Source of the DNA: Raillietiella orientalis
Taxonomy: Eukaryota
Assembly (NCBI GenBank): GCA_036172245.1
Contig: JAYWIR010000046.1
Span: forward strand, 496,001 to 560,000
Reading direction: 5' to 3'
DNA length: 64,000 bases
The notes below the pieces were generated by a model. That model was not told the DNA's origin. It saw only the letters and a list, made by a program, of their open reading frames with translations, and did no database searches. Each line of letters begins with the position of its first letter. Positions within the stretch are counted from its first letter, which is position 1. Shown here one piece after another: positions 44,601 to 58,300 of this stretch. The translations under genes were made by a program, and so were the position numbers.

Positions 44601-47600
44601 TCTTTTTTCAATGGCAACCTTTGTTCTAGAGTAAAAAAGGTATTTAAAAATGCTCCCACATTCTCTGGCCAATCAGGATTTCCTGGTGTTAATTGAAAAG
44701 CAAACATTTTCAATAAAAATAAAGAAGATCTCTCCTAAAACATGAATTCAAAATCATTTTAAATCTTCTAAAATGTAGGATTTTAAGAATTTAAACAAAA
44801 TCATCACACAATCCTAAAATCTATTCATATAATCTAAGACATCACTTTTACATATCTGAATACTATACTGCAATGCAAGTGGTACACATAAGTTTAATGG
44901 ATTAAAATTTGGAAACTCTAGGAAAAAATTAGGATTATACGAAAATTTGGAAAAAAAGGTTCACTGAAAGACACCAGCAGATGTAACAATGCAAAATAAT
45001 ATGCAAGTAATTGAATGATAAATAATATCAAAGTTACATACATCCTAAATTTTTTTAAATAAGAAATTAATAATCCCATTTGGACATTTCGAAACTTGAA
45101 ACACTTTAAGTTGAAGATCGAGGGTGAGAGCATATCCAAATAGAACAATGATATCAATTACTTCAAACTCAGATTAATAATGCCATCTCATTTCAGTTTA
45201 AGTATGAAAACCTTAAAGAGAAAGCACACATGGAAGCAAAAAGATGCCATACACTAAGAACATGAAAAACAGAATGAATAAATGAAAAAGACAACAGAAG
45301 AAACAGATGAAGAAGTTTTTTAAAACTGCTGTCTTTCGAAATTTTTCTATCTTGAAATGTAAACACTCTAATATGTGAAAACTGGAAACACCAAAGAAAC
45401 AGACAAAGAAAACCTTTCTGGCAATAAAGTTCAAAAAATTTACAGAAAATATACAAATGCTTTATGAAACTTGTAATAATAATGTAAAAAAGTATGACCA
45501 AAAATACCTTCATTTTTCGATATCATTTCCATTTTCATTTTATCAATTCCTTCAACATTAATTTACCAAATTCCTTAAATTCCAATAAATAAATACAGAA
45601 TTACATTTGCCTGTAAACTATGAATGAAAGAAAAAATTATATGATTCGCTCAATCCTAATCAAATTGATTGTTCCCACAAGAGCAAACTGATGTTTGGAC
45701 ATCAACCGCTGCAAAACATGAATGGTGTTACCAATAGAACAATCTTGTAAGTGAAATCATTATAAGACTATGAAAAATTGACTACACCGATTAAGACAAC
45801 ACTAGAAACAGTAGATGAATAATAATAATTATGCTGAGAGAACTCATCCAACCTTTACTAAAAACTTTGCAACCAAACACTAACTGATCTTTATAACACA
45901 ACACTGCCTATCTCAATTTGTTAAATTGGGTTTTTAAGCCTAATTCTGGAAAAACATGAAAAAGAACTAAAAATCAATTCTAAAATTAGAATACATGCCA
46001 CTATAATACACTCTAATATGAGACTACAGGACAAACTTGCTTAGATCCGAAACAAATTTGTTACCCATGCTATGCTATTACATATTTGTACAAGTTCCAG
46101 AAATCATTTTATTGAATATGGAAAGTCATTAACATCTAATTCTAACAGATAAAACAAAATAAATTGAAAATGAAATGGAAAAAATTACATACCGATCGCA
46201 TAGGCAATGAATGTTTTAAAAGTTCATATATTCCAATTTCTGAAACATGAATAAGTTTTCTATCCAGCAAATCTTCTAATATATCTAAAGTTTCATGAAA
46301 TTCTGAATGAATTCGTTTATCACATGCATCACCATGAGCAGCTAGAAAATTACAATTAATATCAATAAATTTTATAAACTCGTGATTTTAGTAAATGAAA
46401 AATAGTCTCAAATTATGCTAATAAATCATCATCCCAATCAATTTTAGTCTTTCAAACTATTCTTTTAAATTTATTAAATACTTTTGAAATGATAAGAAAT
46501 GAACATTCTTTCTACTGTATTGGAAACAAGAACACATATTAACCCTCAGTATTATATTTTATTCTCATCTCATTATGTTTCAAAAAACCTGGTCAATTTG
46601 GCTGTTTTGACTAATTTTTTATCATAATGATAAACAATAGTTGCAGGTAATAAACAAAGATAATGAAAGTTTATTCTGTGTAACATAGCCCCTATGACAG
46701 AAAATTAGTACATAAGCTTAAACCTTGGAATTCATTCTTTTCTGTCTTTCTGATAAAATAAAATCATACACTTTAAAGGTATAAGCACAAACTATAACAA
46801 TCATAACGTTGGAAACATTATGACTGTTATCAAGCAAGGCTATTGCATTAATTATGAATAAATTCATCTCAAGATTTACTCTACAGTTCAAATATCCAAC
46901 TACGACAAATGCAGTATATATTTTTTTTAACATGGATTCACAACAATCATAGAGTGCACCACATGGAAATTGTATAACTAAAAATTCTCACCTAAGTACT
47001 TTTGAATGTTCCCAAGTATATCCACAATTGATTCCCAAGATATCAACAGTACTTCATCCTCAGATATAAGCTTTAATAACCTTTTAATACTAAGAAGAAT
47101 TTCATAATGTAAAATGACATGATCTCGTTCCACTGAAATCTTTGAAGACAAATGATACAAAATAATCTTCAATTTCTCACTTTTTTTAATTTGGGCAATA
47201 TTGCAGTAGGAGAGACACTCATTTTCGAAACTCTCTCTGAGCTCCAAAGACTTACTGATATGTAAAATATAGCCCCCCTTAATGAGGATACATCTTTATG
47301 ATTTCCAGGGTCTTCTAGAATCTTGCACAATGTTTGTAATGAACTGTAGCCAAGATATTGCGTCTTCAACAGATTCTTCATCACCTAAAATGATGTAGTA
47401 AGTAAGATATTTAATGATATGTGAATGCTAAAACCATAAGCAATCTGCTTAAATACATATGGAACACAATAAACAAGAAAACATTTTAAATGCATTCAAT
47501 ACACATTACATATTGTTCTATGAAATGTGCTGCAAACAGAAAAAACAAAGCAATTCCACTGGTAGAACAAAAGTGTTTTTCCAAGAACCAAAAAATTACT

Positions 47601-48672
47601 GGGCTCAGAATTGTATCTGTTTCTGGTTAAAAACTCTAAAAATGGAACGGTAACTTATGTACAGATCTAAGCAAATATTTCTGAAGATGTCACTTTATAG
47701 TTGTCTCTAACTTATACTTTTGAATAAACACATAAAATTTCTTAATAAAAAATTTATTAAAAATAACTTCAAACCAATAAAAAGAAATCATATATTTTAC
47801 AACATACCTTCCAACTTAGTTCACTAAATTTTAAGACATTGACAGAACGACACAAAATGGATATAAAATTTAACAGAGACTCTTGTGGAAGATAGCTGTA
47901 GCATAAAATAATATCCAGCACTTTTAAGCAGCCATCAATATCATGTTCATTCTTTGTGATGCAGCACAAATAATTGATAAAACTTACAAAAGCATATTAG
48001 ATAAATGATAAAACAGCATAAGCTTACAGAATAAAGTTGCTTATATCCACATCATTTATGTATGCAGAATTGAACTTAATTGCATTTTCTAATAGTGGAC
48101 AGAACTCATGAAAATGATTTGAAGCAATTATTTCAGGGAACCACTGTGAAAGAAACGGACCTATTTCATCTTCCAATTCTCTTAAATCCTTTCCATTCTC
48201 AGTTAGTTTTTTGAGTAATTCAATCTGTTCATGAACATCATCAGAGCATTTATGAGTTTTTAAGATATGAAATATGTATTTTTTAAAAATGCTTAAATGT
48301 GTCAACTGTGTTTCAAAGATGTCCATTATGAGTGTCCAACTTAGAAGATGCACTTCTTTAACAAACTGTTGAGTAAGCAGTTCTTCTGCAAAATGTAGCA
48401 ATTTCATGACACTATCCTACAGCAACAATGCATCATTGAAGGTTAGTATTCCCAAATACCTTTTGCAATTGTTTCTCTTTTATCATGTCATTTAAATATT
48501 TCAAAGTTTTGCTCTTATTTCCAACTGTTAACTCTGATTTGATTTCCATTAATATTTCCTCTTTAATAATAAATTCCTCATGAGACGATTTGAGTGAATT
48601 ACTATTATGTTTGTGCACTTTAAAAATGTTGAGTATTCTATCTTGAAGTCTTCTATCTTTGTCTTTGTACAT
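29613..48672 (-). CDS. TSC2: Tuberin (Rheb GAP, TSC complex); more than 20 exons, first coding exon 48672-48460, last coding exon 29789-29613
   Basis: N-terminal tuberin HEAT region (LRGAIFYISVSLWS; ILHYEILLSIKRLL), VLEFLSVLVRLP, PYSNPFKYNHFVVCLALHV, SQTWIIGNKIVTITTSG, CWCQNWAEIYIRGATGDVSWIM. The Rap/Ran-GAP domain contains LDLIPPYETHKIGVIY, FLGGLD, VVFHVATLLP and KKRHIGND (Asn thumb). The C-terminal exon reads YASNWLERLRLIKRLK...ENFTHYT*. Confidence 0.95.
34800..36800 (-). mobile_element. Possible highly decayed non-LTR (LINE/RTE-like) retrotransposon remnant in a TSC2 intron
   Basis: Minus-strand fragment near 35400-35315 reads MFCIIEDLEKFYDHVIDWKELINELREGG, resembling the RT motif FIDxEKAYDxVDW. 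No intact ORF; boundaries are guessed. Confidence 0.3.
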
Positions 48673-51600
48673 TTTCAGTTATCCTGAAAGCATTGCACAA
48701 TAATGAAACTGCATGTTGCCATTTCATTATTTGCAAGTTGACATCATATTATCAGAGATATACTAGGAAAAGCAAGTTTCTATTTTGATGCAAAACAATA
48801 CAGATTTCAGATGATAGTTCCATGAAGGCAAAAAACATGGCAATAACTGTCCGTGAAAGGTACCTTTAAATTCTGCTCAAAACGACAACTGAAAACCATG
48901 CAAAACTCCAAACCGGTGCAATATTTGTTTAATCTAACATTACAATTGGCCTCAATGTAGTATACTTCATTTTTTTATAAAAAAAAAAATAGTATTCTTA
49001 TATAGAGCGTACATGCAGTTCTACACGTAAAATTCATTTTCGTCTACCCCTCTATGAGAATACGATACAGTTTAAAGTTTTTTGTTGCAACAAACATATT
49101 CTTAAATCACAAACCCTCAGAACGCACACAACTTATATCGTATGTTGCTCATTTAAGTAGGGATTCTAGTGATTTTTCTATTTACAATTCGTACCAGATA
49201 CGATAAGGTTCTGCTTAAGTATCAACGGGGACTTTTCCATAACAGAATTCCTCACATTCCTAATATTATCCTAACTTAATTCTTGCGATAAGTAATCGAA
49301 CCTAACTGTGGCAACATGCAACTCATATTTCCTGGAGCAGTATGCATGAATGCATCGATATCAACGCTAATTTAAATAAATAATATAAATTTTATATAAC
49401 ACACTGATTAATGATTTTTAATTCTTCTGTCATTTCATAATTCATAATCCATAAAATTTTCAGCTACAACTATTATCCGCTGATTCTCTAAAGTATAACT
49501 GCAGTAGTCGTATTCTAATTTACGATTTACGATTTTCATTGAATTTTTGAATTTGCGGATGCTGTTCAAATCTGAAAACATATCCTCCAAACTTTCTTTT
49601 GGCAAATCATTTCTACAATCGGTTCTTCACCTTGGAATTTTTCGGATCAATTAGTTTTCATTCTGAGGTGTATTGCCACCTATCTGAAATGGAAGCATGA
49701 TGAAATCCATGTTTTATGCATTCGAGTACGAATTTGTCATTTATTTTTCTCTTTATAATCAGGATAGGCTTTAACATTTTTCCAAAGAAATAAAAACTTG
49801 AAATTTTCTTTCACCTATCGACAGTAAAATTTATGACAGCAATGAAACTAGTCTAACTCAAAATTAGATCACAGCGAGTACAATGCAATTCAAAAAAATA
49901 AGAATAAAGTGAAAAATGAGTAACATTTGAGAACTAGAAACTGGTTCCCATGAGGATCGGATTGCATTGTCTTTCTTGTTGGTTATTAATCGAAAATCCA
50001 AAGAAAACTACCTAGAAAAGGAAAGATAAATTGAAAATTGAATTTCCAGGGAAAATCCATGACCAAAGCATTATGACTTTGAATGTATAAGAAGAAACAT
50101 TCTTGAAATCATAGAAAGAAAGAAAAAAACTTTTAGCGCACTTTATGTAATAATATTATGATTAGTCGCACAAGCAAACTCATGCATTAACATAGTTTGG
50201 AACTGATTTTGTAGGTTAAGAACAGCTACCTCGGAGTTTTCCAAACGGAGTTTCTAAAGAGGATATTACATGCATTGAGAATATTACTGTACCTTTGTCC
50301 TATTGATTCCTTTCATGCTACTAAGCAAGTTCTCTGAATGAACCAAATTTACAAAGATATAATGAACTTTGTTAGCAATCTTATAATGCTGTTTTCGTAA
50401 ATGATACATCAATTTCAGTGTTTAAATTCACATTTGAAGTTTTGAAATCCAATGAAACCAATGGATTCCATGATATGAAATCTTAATCTTTGCTGTTCAA
50501 GAAAGAAATATCGAGTCTCTTTGTAAAGCTGTTTAATTGTACATATGTTGAATTAGCTACACAGCTAATTAGCTTTCCATATTTATAAAGCTTTCCTTTC
50601 CAAACAAAATCCACACATATCTACAAATTGTGAAAGCGAGAACAATAATTAAGATTCTAACTAAAGATTTAATAAATTTGAGATTAATTAATTAATTAAT
50701 TTGAGTTTGCGTTCTCAACAAATTAGTGGGATTTTCAAACAGAAGAGATAAACAAGACCAACATTTGGAATAATGTAACATTTTGCAATAGTCTAATTTA
50801 TTATCTGAACTGTATAAATTCTACTGTTCAAAAGCAATTTCTTGAATTGCGTGATATCATTTTTTTTCCTTTTTTCCAAGTTTGAGTTTCTTAACCTTAG
50901 AAAGATAGGATGGTTTACTTCAGATAGCAAATCAAAGTAGCATGTTTGTTTTAAAAAACATCCTTTTGTAAACATAGAAATTATTTCAATTATTTCATTC
51001 GTAATAAAAAAAAAATGCAGAAATTTGTAACAACACCTGCAAAAGTTTATGAGTGAAGGATGAAACTATAAAAGTGGAAATTGTGTGGAATATCACACGA
51101 AGATCAACCAAACGGATTCCATTTCGCAATACGTGAATGGACGCAACATGAATGAAGTAGCGAGTGCTGTTTTAGAATGAAACTCCGTTTCAGTTATTGT
51201 GATTGGCCAGCGTCATAAAGCTCTAATGCGGAGCTCTGAATAGAACACATATCATGAAGAAACATGAAATAGAGACAATTAAGAGATGAACGGTTTGATG
51301 AAACCATGTCTCGAGAGCCCAAACCAAGGAACAACTCCCTTATTAAAAAGTCATCAATCAGGATCGTACACGTATGAATGCATTAGCAGAATCTGTGCCA
51401 TCACAGCTTTCAGAACTGATAAGGAACATCGCGTTTGCATAGATGAGGGCTCTCTACTGGCTTTTTTTTGATATGTGCATCTTTTATAAAAAAATTTTTT
51501 GATCGAGTTTCTTAGACTGGCGACGTAATAGTTTCTTGGACGTGCTTCATTATGCCGCCGGATCATTGCATTCTCTTTGAACAGCTATCGAAGCTGCTCC

Positions 51601-52001
51601 GAAAGAACTCGTGGATCTCGTCTCCCAGCCAGCCTGTTGGCGTAGAGTCATCATGCCTCGGGAGGAGGAACGTCACAGTGGTGGTCCGTTGCAGACAAAA
51701 AGAAACCATCTCGCCCTTAATCCTTGAGTTTTCGGACCTTCAAAAGAATTGGAAATGTACCAGTACCCGAAGGGTGGATCCAAACAGTTGTTAAAAGGAT
51801 CCTTCTTCCAGACCAACGGGTCGACCTTATCGTGGTGTTCACAGTGCTGTAGTACATTCGTGATGAAATACTGAACGTCCTTATCCTAGAAAGGCAACAG
51901 TGCAGACGAGGAGCCAAAGAACTGGCATGGAATCGCTTAGCTCAAAAGGAAAAAGTGGACTCGAGAAAATAGGGCGCGAATCAGGCTACTGATTGTCTGA
52001 C

Positions 52002-52042
52002 TTTGAGGGAGCTGGGAAGGGTCACTCCCCAGCTCCCTCAAA
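52002..52042. repeat. Perfect 15-bp GC-rich stem with 11-nt loop
   Basis: TTTGAGGGAGCTGGG-AAGGGTCACTC-CCCAGCTCCCTCAAA. Confidence 0.85.
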
Positions 52043-52310
52043 TCCCAGAGGTATTCCTATTCATTCTGTCTCCCTCTCCAGCTCCAACCCACCGGGAGGT
52101 TAACGGATTTGTTCTCTTAGTTAACCTAACCTCTCTGTTTTTTGTCCATTGGAATATTTACTTTTTGGAAATCCATGCCCTAGAACAACCAGATGACGAA
52201 AGCATCAACTAGATAGTGAACGAAAGCAATAAATAAAACAGTAAATCCTTGGATAGGAAGTGCATCAAGCACTCCGGTTAACTCGCGGTCAATGTGTGAT
52301 TCGTTTATCA

Positions 52311-52390
52311 TCAGTTCGCATGATACATGGAGGATACATTCTCATGACGATGTTCATGAGAATGTATCCTCTGCGTATCATGCGCACTGA
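52311..52390. repeat. 80-nt hairpin (37-nt arms, 6-nt loop); candidate pre-miRNA or structured RNA
   Basis: TCAGTTCGCATGATACATGGAGGATACATTCTCATGA-CGATGT-TCATGAGAATGTATCCTCTGCGTATCATGCGCACTGA. 33 of 37 positions are Watson-Crick, plus two G-U pairs on the + strand. Confidence 0.85.
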
Positions 52391-55300
52391 GTGCCTGTTT
52401 CCTCTCTGAGACGCGTTAATGATCTCACTCGCGTTGTACTTGACTCGTGTGCACATGTACTTGTCCCCTGCCTCTGCCCTCTCCTCGATTCATGGAGGCT
52501 GCAAATTGTCCAGGCAACAGGATACGAGTCAGTACAGGCTCCAGAATGATCCCTCTATGAAATGACTTCACATTTTCGGGTCGGCGATCACGATGAATCG
52601 ACTGTGCGGAGAGGGCAATCCATAGTCCACTAGTCGGATGAATAGAAGTCGTAGACTACGTGGACCCTATAAGAGCGGAGGGTCGGCAGCGACGCACACC
52701 ATCTTGTCGCTCTTCGCACATGAGGTCGAGCCCTGAAGGTGCCTTGGGGTCCACAGCGGTCATCTCCCTAGGAACCTCGGAGGAGGGAGGGAGAGGCCGC
52801 AGGGACTGGAAGAGACCGGAAGAAGGTCTTGCACGCGAAGACTCGGGCTTAGAGCCGTGGATGCTGGGGATCGAAGTTCTCCGGCACGCGGGATCATCGC
52901 GCTGCCGCGCCTACGGAGGCATGTGCTGTTGCCCGGCTCGTGCTCACCTCCCGAGAGTCCAGGAACTACCCGGAGCGCTGATTTCGGGGCCAGGAGGCGT
53001 CGCGAGTCGCAAAGGTTTAGCGAGCATGGAGGTTGCACGGAGCGCGAACCCCAGACTTGCCGCTCGCAGAGAACGATTGGCCGCGTTTACCAGAACCTTC
53101 GGGAAAGCTGTCTGTGTGCCCCGGGCTGATCCCGTGGCACACAGACAAGTACGCGTTCTTCTCCCCCCTGTTCTCCCTCCTTTCCCGATAGTCTCGCGCT
53201 CGGCGAGAGGGAGCGTCGAGGAGTGTCGATGAGCAGCAGGAGACCCCAGCAACCGAGCGGGCTGTGAGGACGGAGGAGGAGGCAACTGCCAGAGCGATTC
53301 TTTCGGTTTCCTTCCTGTTTTCTTCGCTCTCCCCGTCTTCAGGATGCGAACAGGAATTTGCGGAAAGCGGGACCGTCGCGTTTACGAGGCTGCTCCTCTG
53401 TGGGACTCGTGGAAAGCGAGCCACCAGAGCCCCACCACGACTTTCACCAGTCCCCAAGATTGACCCTGGCGGGTCACCTCCACCTCGCAACGAATGGTCA
53501 TCCGAAAGGGGCGGGATCCGGCGTCGGGTGACTGGATTCCCTTCTCCCCTCTGCTCCTGTAGAACTGGAGTGCCCTCCTTACAGGGAGTCTCCTCCTTAT
53601 TCAGGAGGCGTCGGGAGTTGTGGAGTTGATCGAGACGTGGGGGCGGCGAAAGGACTTGGGATGGGCAGGTGAAGGGGATCCACGCCACTCTACGCCCTTT
53701 CCTCCTGTTTCCGACTCTAGCAGGTTTTCTCTCGAAGGCAATGAATTGTGTTTTCCTCCGGGATCACTCCCGAATTGTACCCCGTCTGGTGCTTCGGAAT
53801 TCCCTCTTGGCAAGGGAGACGGATGCACGGGAGACGTCACCACCCGGACCTCGCGCGTTGAGGTCGCGAGCGACTCCGAGAGCGTCGCGGGTTCGAATAC
53901 TCGCAAAGGAACGAAGATGAACTGGATGCCTGGATTTCGAAGGAACCCGGCCAGGAACGGAGGTCCGTCCACTCCCGATTCCCGGCTATTCCTCATTGCT
54001 AGTCGGCCGGGCGTCATCCCACTGTGGGGGCGTACCGCCGATGCACTCCCGAAGCCTGAGTCACGGCAGCGTCTCTAGCGGGAGGAGTGGAAAACGCGCG
54101 ACGCGCTGATCCTTTACCGGGGTAATTCGAACTCTCGCAACGCTTGGCAGCGCGGTCATCCTTCTCCTCGTGATTCCTTTTCTCGGCGAGGGAGATGCAC
54201 TGAGGAAGGAGACTTTTGTTGGCTCCCGTCCTCCCATCCTGGAGCTCCGGGTCAGGTTGTTAGGGGGAGCGTATTCAAGACTTTGTCTGGGGACCTCCCG
54301 TCCTGCTCTCTCCAGCGAGGAAACCACAGATCTCCTTCCCTTTTCGCAGAAGGTGGAGCATTGCACGACTCTCTCTGGACGGAAAAACTGAAATGGGCAA
54401 GAGCAACGCCTCTACGTGTCGCACCACTCGAAGAGTGGGTCTCTCTTGCGATATGGAGCTTCCGTGTAGCAGCAGCAGAGGCCTCGGCACTCGACCATCG
54501 GTAACCAGAACGCCTAGCGATATTGTCTGCATGTCAAAAAAATGCGGATGTCCTTGGGTCAGTAACACTTACTTGAGCTGTCCCATTCCTATTATCCCGG
54601 GCAAAATCCGTTCCTGTGGCCTTTGCCTATTGACGGTCTCAGAGAGTCCTCTTTAAGGATCCTGGGCCATCGCAGCCTTGCCGACAGGTGATTTCTCAAC
54701 CGTCAGCAGCTACATCTTGGAAGCTGAGGTTGGGTGGGATGAAGTGGACTGAGTCCTAGCTAATGGAACTGAAGCAAAAGACCCCCAGAGATGCACTGAT
54801 TGCAGCCGGATCAGAAGAAGAGGGAGCAAGGGAGACATCGATTTTCGAGATGAGGGTCCCCTAGAGCAACCGGGTGCTCTGCTGGGCATTTCTTGTCGAG
54901 AACTTGTAGCCTTCATTCTCTCGGCCCTTCATTCTCTCCAGAACTTCTTCTTTGCCTCGAGATCTCCGATGAGGATGGAGATTTAGTGATTGTGTCCACA
55001 ATTCCCCATGAAGACGTGTCACCTTGCATCGGAGTCACGGAGAATCGGCCAACCACTTTTTGATCGCTACTGCTGCCTCGAGACGGCACAAATGGCTCCG
55101 ACTGTGTTCCTCGATGGCAGGTTTTGCTTACCCGAACAGACCTCCAGTTGGAATTTTTTCGTTTCCCTTCTTTTTGCTCCAACTCCTCCATGCTACGGCG
55201 GCTCACTGGCTCACAAAGACTGACTGTTTGGTGCGCCAAGTGCTGTGAGGCATCATGAGATCGAAGGTGTGTCTGAAAGACCTTGTTGTCCCGCAAAGGA

Positions 55301-58300
55301 TGCCTCAGGGAGCTAAGTTCAGTGGTGTGACGGTTTGCACAGTGCATTCATGTTAAAGCCCAATGCAAGTTGAAACCCAAAGTTGGTCAGTTGGGGTTCT
55401 GCAGAATCGAAGGGGCATCAGTTCGTGCAAATAATTCTTCTAACGGATTCTTGAGTAAGAAGCTTAAACATTTCCGGGATTCTTGGGCAAATAAAACGTA
55501 AAACGAAAATCTATCCCCGAGGCGGCAACTTTTGTATCCTTGAGTATCATAAACTTTTACAATTGATCACCGGAAAAATACGGTCGTAAAATACTGAAGT
55601 CCTTGAGCAGAGCAAGAGCAATGTACGTGTCGGATTTATTTCTTGCTGAACTCTTTATAAGCATGTGTTCGTGCAAGTTTTTCGAGATGGCATTTTGTTG
55701 TATCCGGTACTCAAATAATTTGCAAAAACTAACTCTTGCTACCTCATGCCTTTGCTATCATCCTTCAATCAAGTTCTTATAAAGTTTTTTTTTTTTTTTA
55801 GTTTCTTGAATATCTTTTATGATCAAGGAAAACGGAATTTTTTTATTTTCTTGAAATTTCACAATCCTTCTTCTTAAAATGATGCTTTATTTATCGTTAA
55901 ATTTCATAAATTTCCACCAAAGATGAACGATAACTTCCTTATTGGTAGAAATCTATATTTAAACAACAGGGATGAATTATTCCTCATGGAATAAGATTCG
56001 CAGAAATCTCAAGTCCCACATATGCCAGTTGTCTTAAACATCTCCCTAATTCCTTTCCAGGCTTCGAAATTGAAACTGCGATACCCATAAGGAAGCATTT
56101 CATCTTCCGAATCATGAGGTCACAAAACAGAATCCTTTCTCATATTTGTAAATAGACCTGCATATTTCAGATCATTTAGCCGTAGTTCAAGAAGCACTAA
56201 TTACAGGAGTCGGGAATTGTGATCAAAGCGTTGTCAATCCTTGCATCCACGCCACTTACAAGTCGATGTTCACTAGAAAATTTTCTTTAAGAGTTATTGA
56301 ATGGTTGCGTGAGATGTTTTGCAACATAATTGCAGCTGTACTTTCAGTTTTTCATTGAATAATGAATTGAATAAGGTATAGAAAATTTTCTGAAACAACT
56401 GTAACTCTTTAACTCTGTAAGCATCCCTGTTCAAAAGGATATAGAGGGAAGTAGAATGTTCTGTTTGGATCATTCCAGTAGTATTGGAACGTACTGTTCT
56501 TGTGACTTTGCCAAAAATAATCATGTAATCGGTCATCATTGAGATACCAATAGTCATATTGATCTTAATAGTATACATCGCTGGTGGTCATATTTTTAAT
56601 ACTCCATAACGAGAGATATCCTTTCGGTTGTTTATCGTCCAACTCATCTTTCCATGAATGCTGACAACCAGATCAAAGAAAAAAAAGATATGCTCAATGC
56701 TCCAAAGAATTGAGATTCTAATAATTATTCATTTCCTTGGTGAACACGTGCTTTAAGAGTTCCAGAGGATGAGATATTAGAAAAAAGTTGTCTATTTGCA
56801 AGGACGCTTTAGTCAACAATTTTTTTCTGGAAGCTTATCAAAGTTTTAAAAAATGATTGGCGAGAAACAATAGGCACTGACCAGCTGACGCATAAAGAAA
56901 TGTGTCAAAGATTCTTCCAAGTCTTTGAGAAACCAACAGAATATGGGAGACCAAACCAAGAAGCATGAAGCAGTACATGATGCGCAAAAAGAGAAGCGGT
57001 TAAGATGCCAAAGTAGGGGATGCGACCGTGGATGTCTTTGGAATAGGTCTGCAGAGGCGTGAAAATTGGTAGCAAAGCTGGATATTGGAGCGAAAAACGA
57101 ATCGTTCCACCTGGTAGCTGGTTTCCTTTGAAGTTTTCCCACCAGATAGCTGGAGATCATCGAAACGGGAGGAAAAAGAAGCCTCGCCCGGTAAAGTGAA
57201 TGATTGAAGGTCTCGAAGTTGAAATGAACTCAATCTATTCTCAAGCTTACTCTGAAGCTAGGGCTATCGGATACACCAGCTTCCCAAATGGTAAGCTGAA
57301 CTGACGCTATGGGATGAACGAAACATTGGGTTACGACGCATCCTATGGGACGCTCATCGGATCCCATTGAAAGTCTTGGTTGCGATGGCCATCTGGACTA
57401 TGGAAGTCAGAATCGGCTAAAGCGTGTTTAATGACTCACCTGCTGAAACAACCGGTTACGGAATGGATTATGCTCAAGCGTCGACCTTGTAGAAAGTCGA
57501 TGAATGTCGATGTTTGCATTCAGATCCCTAGCAGAGCAGAATGACATACTAATTCTTCAGATTAAATAGACAAGGAAATAAGTTCTTTCATAAATATTTA
57601 TGTTTTCATTATGATTTTCTCATGAAGTAATTAATACAAGGTAGCCACTTGGGATTCCAAAAAGTTTGTTGGTCAAAATTTTTATGCTTGATCGAGCTTG
57701 AGTGTTCTGATATTCAGAATGTATATATAGCTTTTGATAATGTATACATGAACCAGAAATGCTGCACACCCGGTTATGTGTTCACAGTCTAATACTGTAA
57801 TTGATAATCATCTCATAGTCACATCTGTATCAGAAGGCAATACCGTGTTAGTGCAATGAACATTCATGCTTTCGAAGTTTTCGTTTGTCATCACGTTTAA
57901 GAATTTGATTGTTTTCTTGCTTAGTTACCATAGTAAGCCTCATGTTTTCTGATTTTCTGCTATGGGATGGAGAATATGGTTTTAAAAATCACTTATTTTT
58001 CAAAATAGCCTGGTGATTGCGTGCTTCTGCCTCACTCGTAGACCTTTCTGGTTGAACCAAAAGTTCCTACTTCATAAATATAGGGAACGGGAGTAAAACA
58101 GGGAACTTGAACCACTCAAAATTAAGCCAATGAATAGCAATAGATGCTTACTATCAGAATGAGGGTTTATGTTCTCTTATTTATCTAGAAAATCAGCTAC
58201 CATAACTCAATTTACAGGAGTGGGTTTTGCAATATTATCGAGAACATAGTCTAACTTGTAGGCAGATTTCTTATGTCGAATTGGGACTTTGTTCCCAACT

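Noticed and set aside
44918..45513. Hydrophobic minus-strand ORFs inside a TSC2 intron
   Set aside because: T-rich intronic sequence translating to Phe/Leu runs; not needed for the tuberin frame.
52660..54656. Individual long ORFs (190, 223, 152, 138 aa) in the GC island as genes
   Set aside because: They overlap on both strands, as expected from GC-rich stop-poor DNA, and carry no recognisable domain.
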